Assembly (NCBI RefSeq): GCF_000143415.4
Contig: NW_003314270.1
Span: 618,453-682,452, forward strand
Direction of reading: 5' to 3'
Source: Selaginella moellendorffii
Lineage: Eukaryota; Plantae; Lycopodiophyta
DNA: 64,000 bases
The first letter of the stretch is position 1. Each line of letters begins with the position of its first letter. The notes below the pieces were generated by a model that worked only from the letters and a program-made list of their open reading frames with translations, was not told where the DNA came from and did no database searches. This document shows positions 48,054-61,281 of the stretch, one piece after another. Position numbers and translations under genes: made by a program.

Positions 48054-48633
48054 TCACCGTTTTAGGGCACATTTCAATGCAGCTCCCAGTTGTTCTTTAC
48101 AAGAGTAGTGTTCCTTGGACGAGTTGCACAGCTGCTGGCAGCTGCTAAATCCATTCTTGAGGCAGCAAAAATACTTGATATCAGGCTCACATAGTTGTAG
48201 GCAGCTGAATCCATTCTTTAGGCAGTAGTAGTATTTGATGTTGGAGCACACTCTTGAACACATCTAAAGCCATTCCTTAGGCAGTAGTATGTATTTTGGA
48301 GGCCTGCAAACATCAAAAGTAGAGAAGTAGTGGCATAATCAATATCATAAGGATAGCTTGTGATCTCAACACGAGGGATCATAACGTGATCTAAGTTACT
48401 ATGTTTCAAGGTGTTTTAGATGACAACATTAAAACTAGCAGCCTCATTACCTTCACAAGGCCCCTTGACAATGTAAGTCACATCGTCAGTCACTAGAACC
48501 ATATCTGTAGGCTAGAGAAATGATTTGCAAGAATGCAAAAGTTTTTGCACATATGTTGAGAGTTGCAAGATGCATCAGCTATGAAGAGCAACATGCCAAG
48601 GATGATGGTAGAAAGAAGAAACACTTTGGCCAT
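48054..48633 (-). pseudogene. Secreted Cys-rich protein with three tandem ~20-aa repeats, apparently frameshifted
   Basis: Signal peptide MAKVFLLSTIILGMLLFIA. The last exon, after TTTGCAG (~48302), encodes YYCLRNGFRCVQEC / YYYCLKNGFSCLQLC / YFCCLKNGFSSCQQLC with a 1-nt gap between repeats 1 and 2. Confidence 0.55.
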
Positions 48634-49371
48634 CCTCCTTGAACTGAAACCAGAAATATTATACTTGACAATACAAGGTTTGTAAATGGAGAATGCCTAT
48701 GTGCATTGTGTAGGTGTCCCCAGATGCATGCTTAAGATAAGTAATTAGTATATCACCCAAGAAGGGAAGACTTTATGAATGTATCTAAAATAGAAACCAT
48801 CAAAAAATCTTACTATAATCCATTGGTCTCATGCTTCTTGGTGGACACCACAAAAGTAACACAGATGAGAATCTACTTGCTACTAATAACAACAACATGA
48901 TAGCAGCTTCAATTTCCATTACTACCATGATAACAGAGGAAATAGTTGATTCAATTGCTATTGCTGCCACTATAAGCTCAAATCTTACTACAATCAGTGA
49001 TATTGCAAGGGAAAATATAGTCCAATGTTTGGATCCTATTGCTTACACCTTTAAATTCAACTACAATTTCAAAAACCAACCATATCAAATATATTTCTAT
49101 ATTTCTGAAAGATATTATAGTAAACTTTAAATCTTCCAATTTTAAACGAATTATAATCATGAATAATAAACTAAAGATTTACAGCTATATGAAAAAGTTC
49201 ACAAACTAAAAACTATTCCAAAAACAAACACAATTATATTAAAGAAAAAAATGCACAACTATAGTCTAGCTACAGTATATAATAATTTCAAAAAGTTTCT
49301 AAAAATAACATCTTAAATAAAACCAGGAACTTTGAGCTCACACCAGAAAAGTCTAGAAGATCTAACTCAAT

Positions 49372-49887
49372 TTAGCCGTAGTTCAGGCGGAAAATATCAT
49401 TGAAAACGTAGAAGCTTCCTTGTGGAGTCGGGATGAGATGGAACAACTGCAATAAAAAATCAAAATAGAAATAAAAAAACAGTTCAAAAGTTCAAATCAA
49501 AGAGCGCTACGGAAATAGGACAAGAAAAGAAGAAATGGAAGGAAGAAAACCGGCAAAGAAACGTTAAAAGAAAGAAAAGACAAGACGAACCTGGCTAAAC
49601 TTGAGAGGATGATCTTCGCCTTGGAGCTTAAGGCTGCCGCTGACAAAGACGAGCATGCCACTGCCGGCGCCCGAGGGCTGGAAATCCACAGTGGAGATTT
49701 GGTGCTGGCATTGCTGGAAGGGCAATCCATTGAGCTTGGCGGAGATGCTAGCGGCGCCCTGGATCTTCTCGCCCTCAAACGTGAGCATTGATCCATCCTG
49801 GTACAGACCCGCCAGCGCCGGGCGATTCGTGTCGAAGAGCGAGTAGTAGTGATCCACGAACGCCTTGGCAACCTGATTGGGATCCAT
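49372..49887 (-). CDS. NTF2: Nuclear transport factor 2 (123 aa)
   Basis: Exons 49887-49591 and 49446-49372 give MDPNQVAKAFVDHYYSLFD...LTFEG...DFQPS...FSQLFHLIPTPQGSFYVFNDIFRLNYG*. Confidence 0.96.
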
Positions 49888-49906
49888 CGCGCTCGCCTCT
49901 CTGGGC

Positions 49907-49924
49907 TAAACCCTAAACCCTAAA
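49907..49924. promoter_or_regulatory. Tandem telo-box (AAACCCT)2
   Basis: TAAACCCTAAACCCTAAA immediately 5' of the NTF2 start. Similar AAACCCTA/TAGGGTT boxes occur near the starts of other genes (~21891, ~36133, ~45005, ~50799, ~61551). Confidence 0.6.
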
Positions 49925-50004
49925 CGCTGCCTTCTCTGGAATTTGAAGTCGTATATACTGCACAGAGAATGTTTTGATTTGCGAGCACATAGAGAAGTTT
50001 ATTT

Positions 50005-50790
50005 TCACTCGAATGTTTTGATTCTTGCGAGATCCGCGAGCATCTGTTCGATTCTTTCGTCGTCCAAGCGGCCTTTTTTCTGGAACAATCAAACATAAAA
50101 CCAGAAGAAAGAAAAAAAATCCATTTTTCTTACAGCTATGGACGGGACTAAAGCAGTGGCTTCTTCGACAGTCTCTGGGCATAAATTCCCAAGCACGCAA
50201 ACCTGGAGCAGCAAGAGAATGAGATTCGAGACCAGGGAAAAAAAACTTTCCAGGGAATACCTCAAACTCTGCGAGCTGGTTCCTGCTTAAAACTCTGGAA
50301 CGAGGGGAAAACGAAGAGAAAGAAAGCAAAGTCAGTGTGATTCTTCCAAAACCGGAACGAGAAAAGTTTAGATTTTTACTCTCGAACTTGCTGGACAGCC
50401 TCCGGATTCTTGTAGCGGCTGAAGCGCTTCACATAAGCGAAGGACTTCTCGAAGACTCTGCCAAGTCCCCGGGGTGAGGAGAAAACCAAGAACACGAAGA
50501 ACACAAAACTTACTGGGACAACTGACTGGAAGGATCGTCGCTCATTTGATTCGCAGTGTCGTACTTGTGCTGGAGGATTTTGGCCACTTCGGCATTCATC
50601 AGGCATTTCTCCTTCAAGAAATCTACAAAAGAAAAACTTAGAATCAATCCATCGCTAGGGAAAGGAATCGCCGATCGCTTCAATGTCCGCGACATCTTCT
50701 TTCTAGGTCTAATCCTACTCTTAGGAACTAGAAAGCTCACATACCCTCGCCAAGCTTGAGCTCGCTAGCGTCCTCCTCCTCGTTCGCCAT
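50005..50790 (-). CDS. NRPB4: DNA-directed RNA polymerase II subunit 4
   Basis: Seven exons give MANEEEDASELKLGE-DFLKEKCLMNAEV...VFEKSFAYVKRFSRYKNPEAVQQVRE...LGNLCPETVEEATALVPSI...IEQMLADLARIKTFE*. Confidence 0.95.
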
Positions 50791-50820
50791 CGCCCAAGAA
50801 CCCTAAACCTTCGATAAAAG

Positions 50821-52223
50821 ATGGCCTGCCCTAATTTCCTTTTCTCACAAATGGAGGTATCAAAAAGAGTTCTCTCCTACGTGAAGTCGCAGTACGAGTT
50901 TGGGCTTGTGGACGAGGAAATTCTCGAGGCCGCCAAGAGGGACGTTTTAGACGCGGAGGCTTCGTTCCGCGCCAGCAACGTGATTCTATCGGATAATCTT
51001 TGCCCGCTCGTTGTGGATGCCCACCTCTACTATTTCTTGGCCCTTCTCTACGTCTCGAATCATCTCAAAGGGAAGCCACTGGCAGCCTCCAAAGAACTAA
51101 AAAAGCTCGTCAACTTTGGGCAAGAGCTCTCTTCGCAGTGTCTTAATGGATTTGATGATTTGACTCCTGCTTTCACAGCCCTCGAAGAATTATAGTAAAA
51201 TTTTCTTTGAAATCTTCTTCCTTGTTTGTTAACAACATGTTTTGCAGTAATAGAAGGGGTGACACTGCGAATGAAGAAGAGTAAGTTTACATAAACTAGT
51301 ATAAAACTTATTTATCAATGTTGGAATTATCAGAATTATCACAGTTGAGGAGAGTGAGGAGATCATACTGGTAGTCAAGCGCCCTTTGCTGTAAGAAATC
51401 CTCAAAGATCCAAAAGCCGGATTATATTGACATTCATTCTTTGATCAAGGTGGGACGTACTTACAAAGGTGGTGCATTCACCGTATTTTTCCATCTTTCC
51501 TGAAGTAAGTAGACTTGTGATCCTATGATAATTAAAACATTCTCATCATAATCTATCACAGGGGCAAGCTTGGACAGCCGTTTTCACAAAAGTCCAGCAA
51601 AAAATCGCCACTCACAAGCACTTGTGTGTGACGCGCGATAAGATCACAGAACTCTACAACGCTACGCAACGCTTCGCTCCATCTGCAACACAGTGCGAAG
51701 AAATCATTGGGCAGGGCTTGCGATCGGTGGAGCTCGACAACTTTGGGTTTAGCTGGGGCGCCTTGACAGTCGCCCAGGCCAAATCTCTCCTCGAGGCCTC
51801 GTCCCGGAGTTCTTTGGCTCGATCGCTCTTCATAACTCGCCCTCCAAGATCAGTGTTCCTCTCGCATTTGCTAGCTGTGTCAGATTGCGCTGTGCACGCC
51901 CGGCTTTGGCTGCTGCGAAGCGACTCACCGATTTACCACCAATTCCCAAGTCTAACTTGTAAGTTTCTCAAGATTATAGAGATCGTCCTTCTAGTATACT
52001 GATTTTTCTATCTTTTCTAGATCGAGTGCTAGCTGCGGAAGCCAAGGTTCAGGAGAACGAGTTTTTGGAAGCCAAAGTAAGATTAAATTCATATTGACAG
52101 TCTTTTAACACCTTCGTTGTATAGATTCTCATGTCGAAGGATGGATTCCAGCACAGAATACCTGACGTGAAGGACTTGAAGATGAGAAAGAACGATCTTG
52201 TTCAGCATGCTGATTTCGTATAA
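50821..52223 (+). CDS. Hypothetical multi-exon protein (orphan)
   Basis: Coding-like exons 50821-~51194 and ~51561-51958 plus several small exons bounded by GT-AG, ending TAA 52223. The start is ATG 50821 or 50851. No family recognised. Confidence 0.6.
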
Positions 52224-52942
52224 AGCCAAATGATTATAGTATAGAAAGATCCATTGCTATGATCGTTCCATGATCGTGTTCGCCACGAAAAACGTGTAAC
52301 AAGCAAGCTTTGTCTTGTTGGGATAGAGTTCGTGTTGGATTCTATCTTATTGTCCAAAGCTCAAAATTTTTGGACCTTATCAATCAATATTGGATGAATT
52401 CCAAGCCAAGCTCCCCGATAAGATCCACGCCCCCAAGAAACAAAAGCGTGTACCCAAGGTGTGCTTAAAATGTTGAAAATTTCTACCTGTAACATTCAAT
52501 TACTAATTCTATGTATATATATATAAAATTTCTATGATAAATAAAAAAATTATCAATAATAAGCAACGGCTAACTTTCCCACGAATTTCGCTTTTCGCGT
52601 GGGGTAAAAGCACAAAACGCACTCGCAAATTTTGAAAGTTGACAAAGATCGTGCATGCACCGTCATGGCCACGTGGCAGCCCTTGACGGCGCCCAAAAAG
52701 TATTTCTAGGGCTGGGCTATTCAGCTGAAAATCTAGGACGCGTCCAATGCAGCGTCCACGAGCGTACGAACAGCGCCATAGGTACGGCCTTGTTTCCCTC
52801 TTCTTCGTGTTTGATCCATCGTGGGAGCTAGCGAAGAGCTCGCAATCGCGATCGCGGGGCTTTGTCGATCGAATCCTTTCTCCTCATAGCCTGGCGCGTG
52901 CTCCAATGCGATCGTGAGAGAAAGAAAAGGCGCATTTCCTCC

Positions 52943-54407
52943 ATGGCGACGCGAGCCCTAGCGCAAGCCCTAGGCAGGCGTGGCGGCGGCTACTGGCGGA
53001 GAATCCTCGCGCCAGCGTCGCCGCGAGTGATTTTGAGGAAGAATGCGGTCGATTCGTGGGGGTTTCTCCGGCAAGCTCGATTCTTCTGCGACGAGGTGGA
53101 AAAATCTGGAGGAGAAGGGGGTATGACCGTCCAGGAGGCCAAGCGCTTGATTCGCCAGGTAAACGTCCAGGCTCTCAAGAAGCAGCTCCACACCAAGGAG
53201 TGCCCTTGCATTGACTACACGGAGCTCGCGAGCTTGTGTAAGGAGATGGGATTGGCCGATTCTTCCGACGAAGCGAGGAAGCTCGTCCTCGCCATGGATG
53301 AAGCTGGGGAGATCGTTCTCTTTCGCAACAAAGTTTATCTAGACGCGCAAGAGGTATTTTACTTTCCTTGCCCTTGTTTTCTTTCGATGGTTTGCGTGCT
53401 GGGGTATTTTGTTTTTCTTTCATCGAGCCTTTCCTTCTGTGTGTTTCTTTGGATTGATTGAGCTGAGAAGAAGGTTTGTTTCTTTGGTTTGTTTGTTTTG
53501 CGAGGTCGTTTGGTCGCTAGTTTTGGTTTCTGAAAGTTGATCGTTTTCGTTGCTAGGCTTCTTTACTCGTTTCCTCGAGTTAAGTATCCTTTTCTGTTTC
53601 TAAGATTGTTTCGTTGTTTGCTCCGCTAGTCTAGCTTGTTTGATGGATTGAAAGCTTGTCTTTGCTTGTGTCGGAACTCTGTTTCTGTGCGTGATTAAGA
53701 CCAGGCCACAACTATTTTTCTGTGCCATGGCTTTTGTGGCTGTTCCTGGATTGAGTTTTTCTTTCCCTTGTTGAAAGCATGCGATTTTCTAGCTCGAAAT
53801 CTGATTTGGTTGGTTGGCTGGTTGTTGTCAGTCTTTGTCTTGGGTCGTGAGTAGAATTCAAATCGATCTTTGCTTACCATGTTTGATAAGACTGCCAAAC
53901 TTATATTCGTTTCTGACGCGCGTTCTATCTTTTTCCTCGTCACAGATCGCTGAGCTCGTCTCTCGCGCACTTCCACTCCGCCTGGTCGGTGAGGACGATC
54001 CCCGCGTGAAGGAATTCGAGGAGCTCCACGACCGCAAGGAATCCATTGACGAGATCGCGGACAGGCAAGTCAGAAAATTCCTCTGGGTGGGGCTCCTGGC
54101 GCTCACAGGCGGGACCGGGCTCTTCGTCCGCCTGACTTTCTGGGAGCTCTCCTGGGACGTGATGGAACCCATCGCCTTCTTCATGACAACGGGCTTTATC
54201 ATCGCGGGCTACGCTTACTTCCTGTTCAGCCGCCGCGATCCAACTTACCAGGGGCTCATGCACTCGCTGCTGGCCAGCCGGCGGCGAAGGCTCATGAGAC
54301 GAATGGGATTCGACTACCAGAAGTACAAAGCTCTGGAGAAGCAGTGCATCACGACGTGTAAGCTCAACAAGCCGGCGAAACACTTCGAGCACGACGAGGA
54401 CGACTAA
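52943..54407 (+). CDS. MCU: Mitochondrial calcium uniporter (DUF607), 290 aa
   Basis: Exons 52943-53353 and 53946-54407. Arg-rich presequence, two TM helices and the pore motif RLTFWELSWDVMEPIAFF. Confidence 0.95.
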
Positions 54408-56535
54408 GAACAGCTTACTGCCGAGTAACGAGGTACTCACATTGGGAGCTAACCAACCTCGACGGTGGTAATGCGGATCCACCACCGTGGTATCCAGAAG
54501 TTTTGGGGGGTGTGTGTGTACAGGTAAAACCAGGCAAGGCAATGAAGAACAAGGTTCTCTTCCATTTTTCCTTTTTGTTTTTGTGTTTTGGTCTTTGCGG
54601 TGAATGCGTTTCTCGTCACAACACGTTTTTTTCAGGCAGCGAGCATTTTTTACATCAAAGTCGAAACGGAAGTGGATTGACTGTGCGAGATCATGAAGGA
54701 TCTCTATATTTTACTTGTGTCGTACGTGAAGAAATTGCTGAAATCAAGGCATGATGTAAGAAATGCTTGGAGTGATCTGCAACGATCCAGGAGGAGCCAC
54801 CTTGATTTATAGATAGACATATGACTCATATGAGCTTTTCCGTATAGAATTTTGGTTTTTTTATTTATTTTGATTCTTGCAGTGCATGCATCCATTGCCA
54901 CAACACATATTTCCAGGCATGCATGACGCGGATTCTTGCATCAAAGTCGATAGAGCTCGCGTACGGAGCTGGGATTGAATCGCCCAAAGCCTTGAGTTCA
55001 TGAATGATCTACATTGTTTACTTGTGCCGTACGCTAGGAGAGCGTAAAGAGTGTGAGCTCGAAGAATTTGTCAAACCATTTAAAATTATACGTTCTTTAA
55101 CGCTGGTCAGAGATGCCCTCGTAAATTTATGAAGAACATGGTTTCGTGATAGCTTTTACTGCTTTCCCGCGGAATTGTCAAGATCATGGTAGACCGTTGT
55201 CTAATAAGTTAATCTCATTCTAGATCAATACGTACATTTTAACAAGGGAGTCTAATGCATTGCATCTATGTAGATAGGGTCCATGCGTCTTAGACGGGCA
55301 CAAGCAGACCATATAATATTGAAGGAAGTTTCTTACCCTGGTTAAATCCAAACTACATGGTCCATTCAGATAACTTGTAGCGGTGATATTCTTTTCCGTG
55401 TGCCCCCACATACCACCAAAATACTGCCTGTCCTAACGTACGCTAGCCATACAATATTTTACAAGATATACCAAAAGTAATTTTCTTTTCGGAAGTAGAA
55501 ATCGTGGGTGGGGTTAAAAAATGTAAGTGCTCCACCCATTGAGGTGTGTTTTAAACCGCGACCCAAAAGGACGAGGGGTCAGAGTCGCCGTGAGAGTCAA
55601 GGCATCCGTACACACAAGGATGAAATGAGCCACAGGGCATTACTGACCACCCTGGCCACTACTTGCACATCTTGCCAGCACCTCACGTATCCCAAGCAAT
55701 AAGTGCTGGCGGTTATCGGGGTCTTTATTTCGACAGATCGCTTATCAGCTGATACGCTATCAAAAGATAAGTCAGTGAATGGACGGATGCGATTGGTGAC
55801 ATCAACGGCCGAGATTTCTTATTCGTCGTCACTGTCAGATTGGAGAATGCTTAGTACCAGATTAGCCTCTAGTGGGAATTTCAGTTTAAGTTCTCGATAG
55901 CCTATCATCCGATAAGGCAACCGACATATCAGTTACCTTATGGCTGAAAATGGAACTCCCCGAAATAAATTTAAGAAGAAAAGAGCCATTTTAAAGCCTC
56001 GAATTTGCATCTAAAATTTTATAATCCGCGGAATTTTCGAGCAACCACACATTTTTGTCCATGTTTGTTTTTTTCTTTTCTGTCTTTTTTCTCTCTCCTC
56101 TCTGCCGCCAGCCCAGTTCGTGTTTGTGTGATAAGCGCACCCACGTATAATTTTTTTTATCTTTCGTTTATATGGTCTCTTCCAGCCAGTCTGAGAGTGC
56201 CTTTGTCTTTGTGCTTGTCCTCCTCCTTCGCGTTGAAATCGCGCTTAGGTTTTCCCCATTCCAGGGCGCGGCGCATCACGGCGGTAGCGCACGGCGCGTC
56301 TCCAATCGCCGGCGCCAGATCCTCGGGCTCGGTGGCATTCGGAGATTTTCGGGGCTTAGATCCAGGGCGCCGCCATTGCTGAGCAGTGCATGAAGGCGCG
56401 ATGAGGCGGCGGTGCTCGGCTCCCGGGTGAGATTTTAGCATGGATTAGGGGATACAGGGGAGGCGGCGGAAGAAAGGGAAGGAAAGGGGTTTTCTTGCTC
56501 TTATAGCGGCTGTGGTGTGTGACATACAAAAAGAT

Positions 56536-59500
56536 ATGTCGTCGCTCAGTAGGGAGCTTGTGTTCCTCATCCTCCAGTTCCTCGACGAGGAGAAGTTCAA
56601 GGAGACTGTTCACAAGTAAGTAAAAAAAAAAGACAAAAAAGGAGAGATAAATAGGAAAGAAAAAAATGAGATAAATTTCGTACACGTACTTGTGTTGACA
56701 TCATTTGCGTGCTGTGGTGGTCAGGCTAGAGCAAGAGTCGGGATTTTTTTTCAACATGAAGTATTTCGAGGACCAAGTTCAGAACGGCGAATGGGATGAA
56801 GTGGAGCGTTACTTGTCGGGCTTTACCAAGGTAGATGACAATCGCTATTCAATGAAGATCTTTTTCGAAATTCGCAAGCAAAAGTATTTGGAAGCACTGG
56901 ACAAGTAAGGAGTTTGTTTGGTATTGATTCGTTTCTTCGCTGATATCTAACGGGTTTGTTACCTCTCTCTCTGGCGTCAGGCAAGAAAGAGCGAAAGCCG
57001 TTGAGATTCTCGTCAAGGACCTCAAGGTGTTTGCGTCATTCAATGAGGACTTATACAAAGAGATTACACAGCTTCTTACTCTCGACAACTTTAGGTTCGT
57101 AATGCCAGTACTCTCTACTTTTCTCTTGTCTAACCCGCTGGTTCACAGAGAAAATGACCAACTGTCGAAGTATGGAGATACGAAATCCGCAAGAAATATA
57201 ATGCTTATCGAACTTAAAAAACTCATCGAAGCGAATCCTCTATTTAGAGAAAAACATCAATTTCCATCATTGAAGGCATCACGGCTTCGCACCCTTATCA
57301 ACCAGAGGTTGGCACTTTTTTGGTTCATTTATCCCTTCTAAATGTGCTGCTGCAGTCTGAATTGGCAACATCAATTATGTAAAAATCCTCGGCCCAATCC
57401 CGACATCAAAACTTTATTTATCGACCACAGTTGTGGTCCTCCGAACGGAGCGCGTGCGCCTCCGCCTGCCAACAATCCTCTAGTTGGAGCGATGCAGAAA
57501 ACTGCGGCCTTCCCTCCACTTGGAGCACACGGGGTAAGAGGCTTGTGTTCCATTGAGAAGGGAATTTCGTTAAGTTTTTTCTTTTTCTTTTCAGCCTTTT
57601 CAACCATCTGCTGGTCCTCCTGCAAGTGCGCTAGCCGGTTGGATGGGAAATGCAAATTCCGCAGCCCCTCACGCAGCAGTAGCTCCTGGCCAGGCGCTAC
57701 CTGGTCCGCCAAATCCAGGTATGTAAGTGGACATTCCGTTATCATATTGTTTGATCTCTGTATCAATTGCAGCTGCTCTTTTGAAGCGTCCCAGAACACC
57801 CCCGGCAAATTCGACCATTGACTATCAGTCGGCAGATTCGGAACACATTCTTAAACGCCCGCGTCCTCAGGCAGACGAGGTGTGATCACCAGGTCTCTTT
57901 TCTCATTATTTGATAATTATGTTTTCTGTGCAGGTGAACTATGCTGGAGCAAGTCATCAACGCAACGCTACTTTGGACGATCTTCCAAAGACACATGCTA
58001 GAACTTTAAACCAGACGTCGTCCGTGACTAGCATGGACTTTCATCCAATGCATCAAACCGTATTGCTTGGTGAGTTATTTTGCATTTTGTCTTTCTGTTT
58101 ACGTTTTGTTTTCCCTTGTTTCTTGTAGTGGGTACAAATATTGGCGAAATTAGCATCTGGGAGGTAGCATCGCGAGAGAAATTGGCATATCGGACTTTCA
58201 AAGTGTGGGATATTTCTGCATGTTCTGTTACGATGCAGGTAGAATTTGGTTCTTTTTCTTTTCCGTGTCATGACATAGCACCTTTGCAGACGGCATTTGT
58301 GAAGGACCCAGCTGTTCTTGTTCACAGGGTGGTTTGGAGTCCAGATGGAGCTCTTATCGGTAAGTAACTTCCCAGTTTTTATTCATATAAATGCTCATGC
58401 CTTCCTTTGTAGGTGTGGCTTTCTCCAAATTTATTATTCATCTTTATATGTACAATGGAACATCTGAGCTTAGGCAACTTCACGAGGTACCGACTGTAAA
58501 CTCAATCATTTGCGCTTGGATTAACATGTAAATCACAGATCGATGCTCATGTTGGTGGAGTCAACGACCTTGCATTTTCTCATCCCAACAAGCAACTCTG
58601 TGTTATTACTTGTGGAGACGATAAGACCATAAAGGTTACCTCTGCTATCGATTTTTGTTATGCATTCTTATATCGGTTTTCACGTGTAGGTTTGGGAAGC
58701 CATGACCGCTCGCAAGATTTATGTATTTGAAGGTCATGAGGCAGCAGTGTATTCTGTATGTCCACATCATAAAGAAAGCATACAGGTCTGTGTCCATTGC
58801 CGTTTTCTTTATTATGGGTTTATGGTTATTGCTCTGCAGTTTATATTTTCCACCGCACTTGATGGGAAAATCAAAGCTTGGCTTTACGATAATCTCGGTT
58901 CTCGAGTAGATTATGATGCTCCTGGTCGCTGGTGCACAACAATGGCTTACAGTGCGGATGGAACAAGGTTTGCTTCAACCTTTGGTATTTCCATCACATC
59001 CTTTGTTTTTCCAGATTGTTTTCTTGTGGAACAAGCAAGGATGGTGAGTCTTTTCTTGTGGAGTGGAATGAAAGTGAAGGTGCAATTAAAAACACCTACA
59101 ATGGTTTTCGGAAACGCTCCATCAATGTGATTCAGTTTGATACTACACGGAATCGGTTTTTGGCTGCTGGAGACGACTTCTCCATCAAAATATGGGATAT
59201 GGATAATATTAATCTTTTGACGACGATAGATGCCGACAGTGGTCTTCCGGTAAGTTCTTCAATAGATCGTTTTGCTATCAGCTAAATTCTTCCTTATTCT
59301 TTCTCCACAGCCAAGCCCTCGTTTACGGTTTAACAAAGAAGGAACATTGCTGGCTGTAACCACTCAAGACAACTCCATCAGAATTCTAGCTAACAACGAC
59401 GGTTTACGGCTTTTGAATAGGGCGATTGAGAAAGTAAATGAGGTGAAGGTATGGCTTTCTGACATATTTCTTTACTGTGTTCTAACTTTTCTTTTTTCAG

Positions 59501-61281
59501 CCTGCGGTTAACACGCTTGCAGCAGTAAGTGGAGTAACTGCTCCAGTAGTCGCTGTAGATAGAGTTCCAGCTGCAGTACCGGTACATAACTGTCTGGATG
59601 TTTGCCGTGCGTTAACTCGTGTTTTTAACAGAATGGCGCTGAAAATAGTCGTGCTGTCGAAGTAAAACCGCGTGCAGACGAAGGAATTGACAAAAAGAAT
59701 TGGAAACTAGCTGATTTAACTGAGCAAGCCCATTGCCGTTCAATAAGGTTAGGGGATCAAATGGCTGCGAGCAAGGTACGTTTTTGTCTTTGCATAAACT
59801 GGGTAACTAGGAAGGATTTACAGGTGTTGAGACTAATTTACACTAACGCCGGAAATGCACTTCTTGCACTTGGATCAAACGCCATTCATAAATTGTGGAA
59901 ATGGCAAAAGAACGACTGGAATGTGGCTGGGAAGGTAAATTACTGTTGCTAGTGTTGCAGTAATAACGTTTATCTGTTGATGCAGGCAACTGCTAATTTT
60001 GCTCCCCAGCTATGGCAACCTCAGAGTGCGGGCTTTATGACAAATGATGTGGGCGAAACTGATCCAGAAGAAGCTGTTCCGTGCATCGCCTTGTCTAAAA
60101 ATGATTCATATGTGATGTCTGCCTCGGGTGGAAAAGTTCTGCTTTTCAACATGATGACGTTTAAGGTATGCCGATTTGTTGCTCTTTCTCCAGTGATGAA
60201 ACCATTGTCGAAACAGATTATGACACAATTCATGCCGCCTCCGCCAGCAGCAACATTCCTCGCTTTTCATCCTCAGGATAATAATTTTATTGCTATCGGT
60301 ATGGAGGATTCGGTTATCCATATATACAACGTTCGTGTCGATGAGGTATGGAAAACCGATTTGCGTCATGGTTTATTGATTAGCATTTCATTGTAACATT
60401 GCGCTCGCTTTCAGGTGAAAACCAAACTAAAAGGGCATTCCAAGAGAATAACGGGACTTGCGTTTTCCAATAATCTTAATATTCTTGTTTCGTCTGGGGC
60501 TGACGGACAGGTACCAACTGCCCTGGAAAGATAAAATTTGTTCTCACAATCTCTTGTTTTCCAGCTCTGTGTTTGGGGAACCGATGCATGGGATAAAAGA
60601 AAGTCCAAGTTTATTCAAATGCCGCCTGGGAAAGATGCAACTCCCACTGGTGACACGAGGGTACAGTTCGACGTTGATCAGACGCGGCTGTTGATTGTGC
60701 ACGAGACTCAGCTTGCAATATACGACGCTACTAAGCTGGAATCAATCCATCAGGCAAGTATTTATTTTTTCATGTTTTGATCCATGAACAAGCTATTCAT
60801 GACATTGTTTCTTTCCAGTGGTATCTTCGGGACCCCTTCCCTGCTTCCGTTTCGAGTGCTACATTTTCATGCGACAGCGAGCTCGTTTATGCCGCTTTCA
60901 TCGATGGCTCCGTGGGAGTGTTTGAGACGGATGGTTTACGGCCAAGGTGCCGTCTAGCACCATCAACTTATCTTCCTCCTGGAGCTAGCGGGTACAAAAT
61001 CTTTTACACCTCTCTTTGTTTCCGTGAGCCAAGACAATAATCTCTCTTTCCGTGACAGGACTTCGGTGTACCCTCTAGCAATCTCCGCTCATCCAACCGA
61101 GAAGTATCAATTCGCTCTGGGACTAAGTGACGGAGGAGTTCTCGTTGTGGAACCATTGGAACCCGACGGTAAGTGGGGGCCGATTCCAGTCACAGACAAT
61201 GGAGCAGCAGCGTCGGGTGCTACTGGCGTTCCACCACCAGCGGATCAAAACGCAGAGCAATCGGGTGCCAGAGCGTCATAG
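56536..61281 (+). CDS. TPL: TOPLESS/TOPLESS-RELATED transcriptional co-repressor
   Basis: About 25 exons. LisH MSSLSRELVFLILQFLDEEKFKETVHK, CTLH FFFNMKYFED...KVDDNRYSMKIFFEIRKQKYLEALD, SRLRTLINQSLNWQHQLCKNPRPNPDIKTLF, two WD40 propellers and C-terminal QFALGLSDGGV. Confidence 0.97.

Noticed and set aside
48831-49130. 99-aa Ile/Thr/Asn-rich ORF
   Set aside because: Low complexity in an AT-rich block with no splice or homology support.
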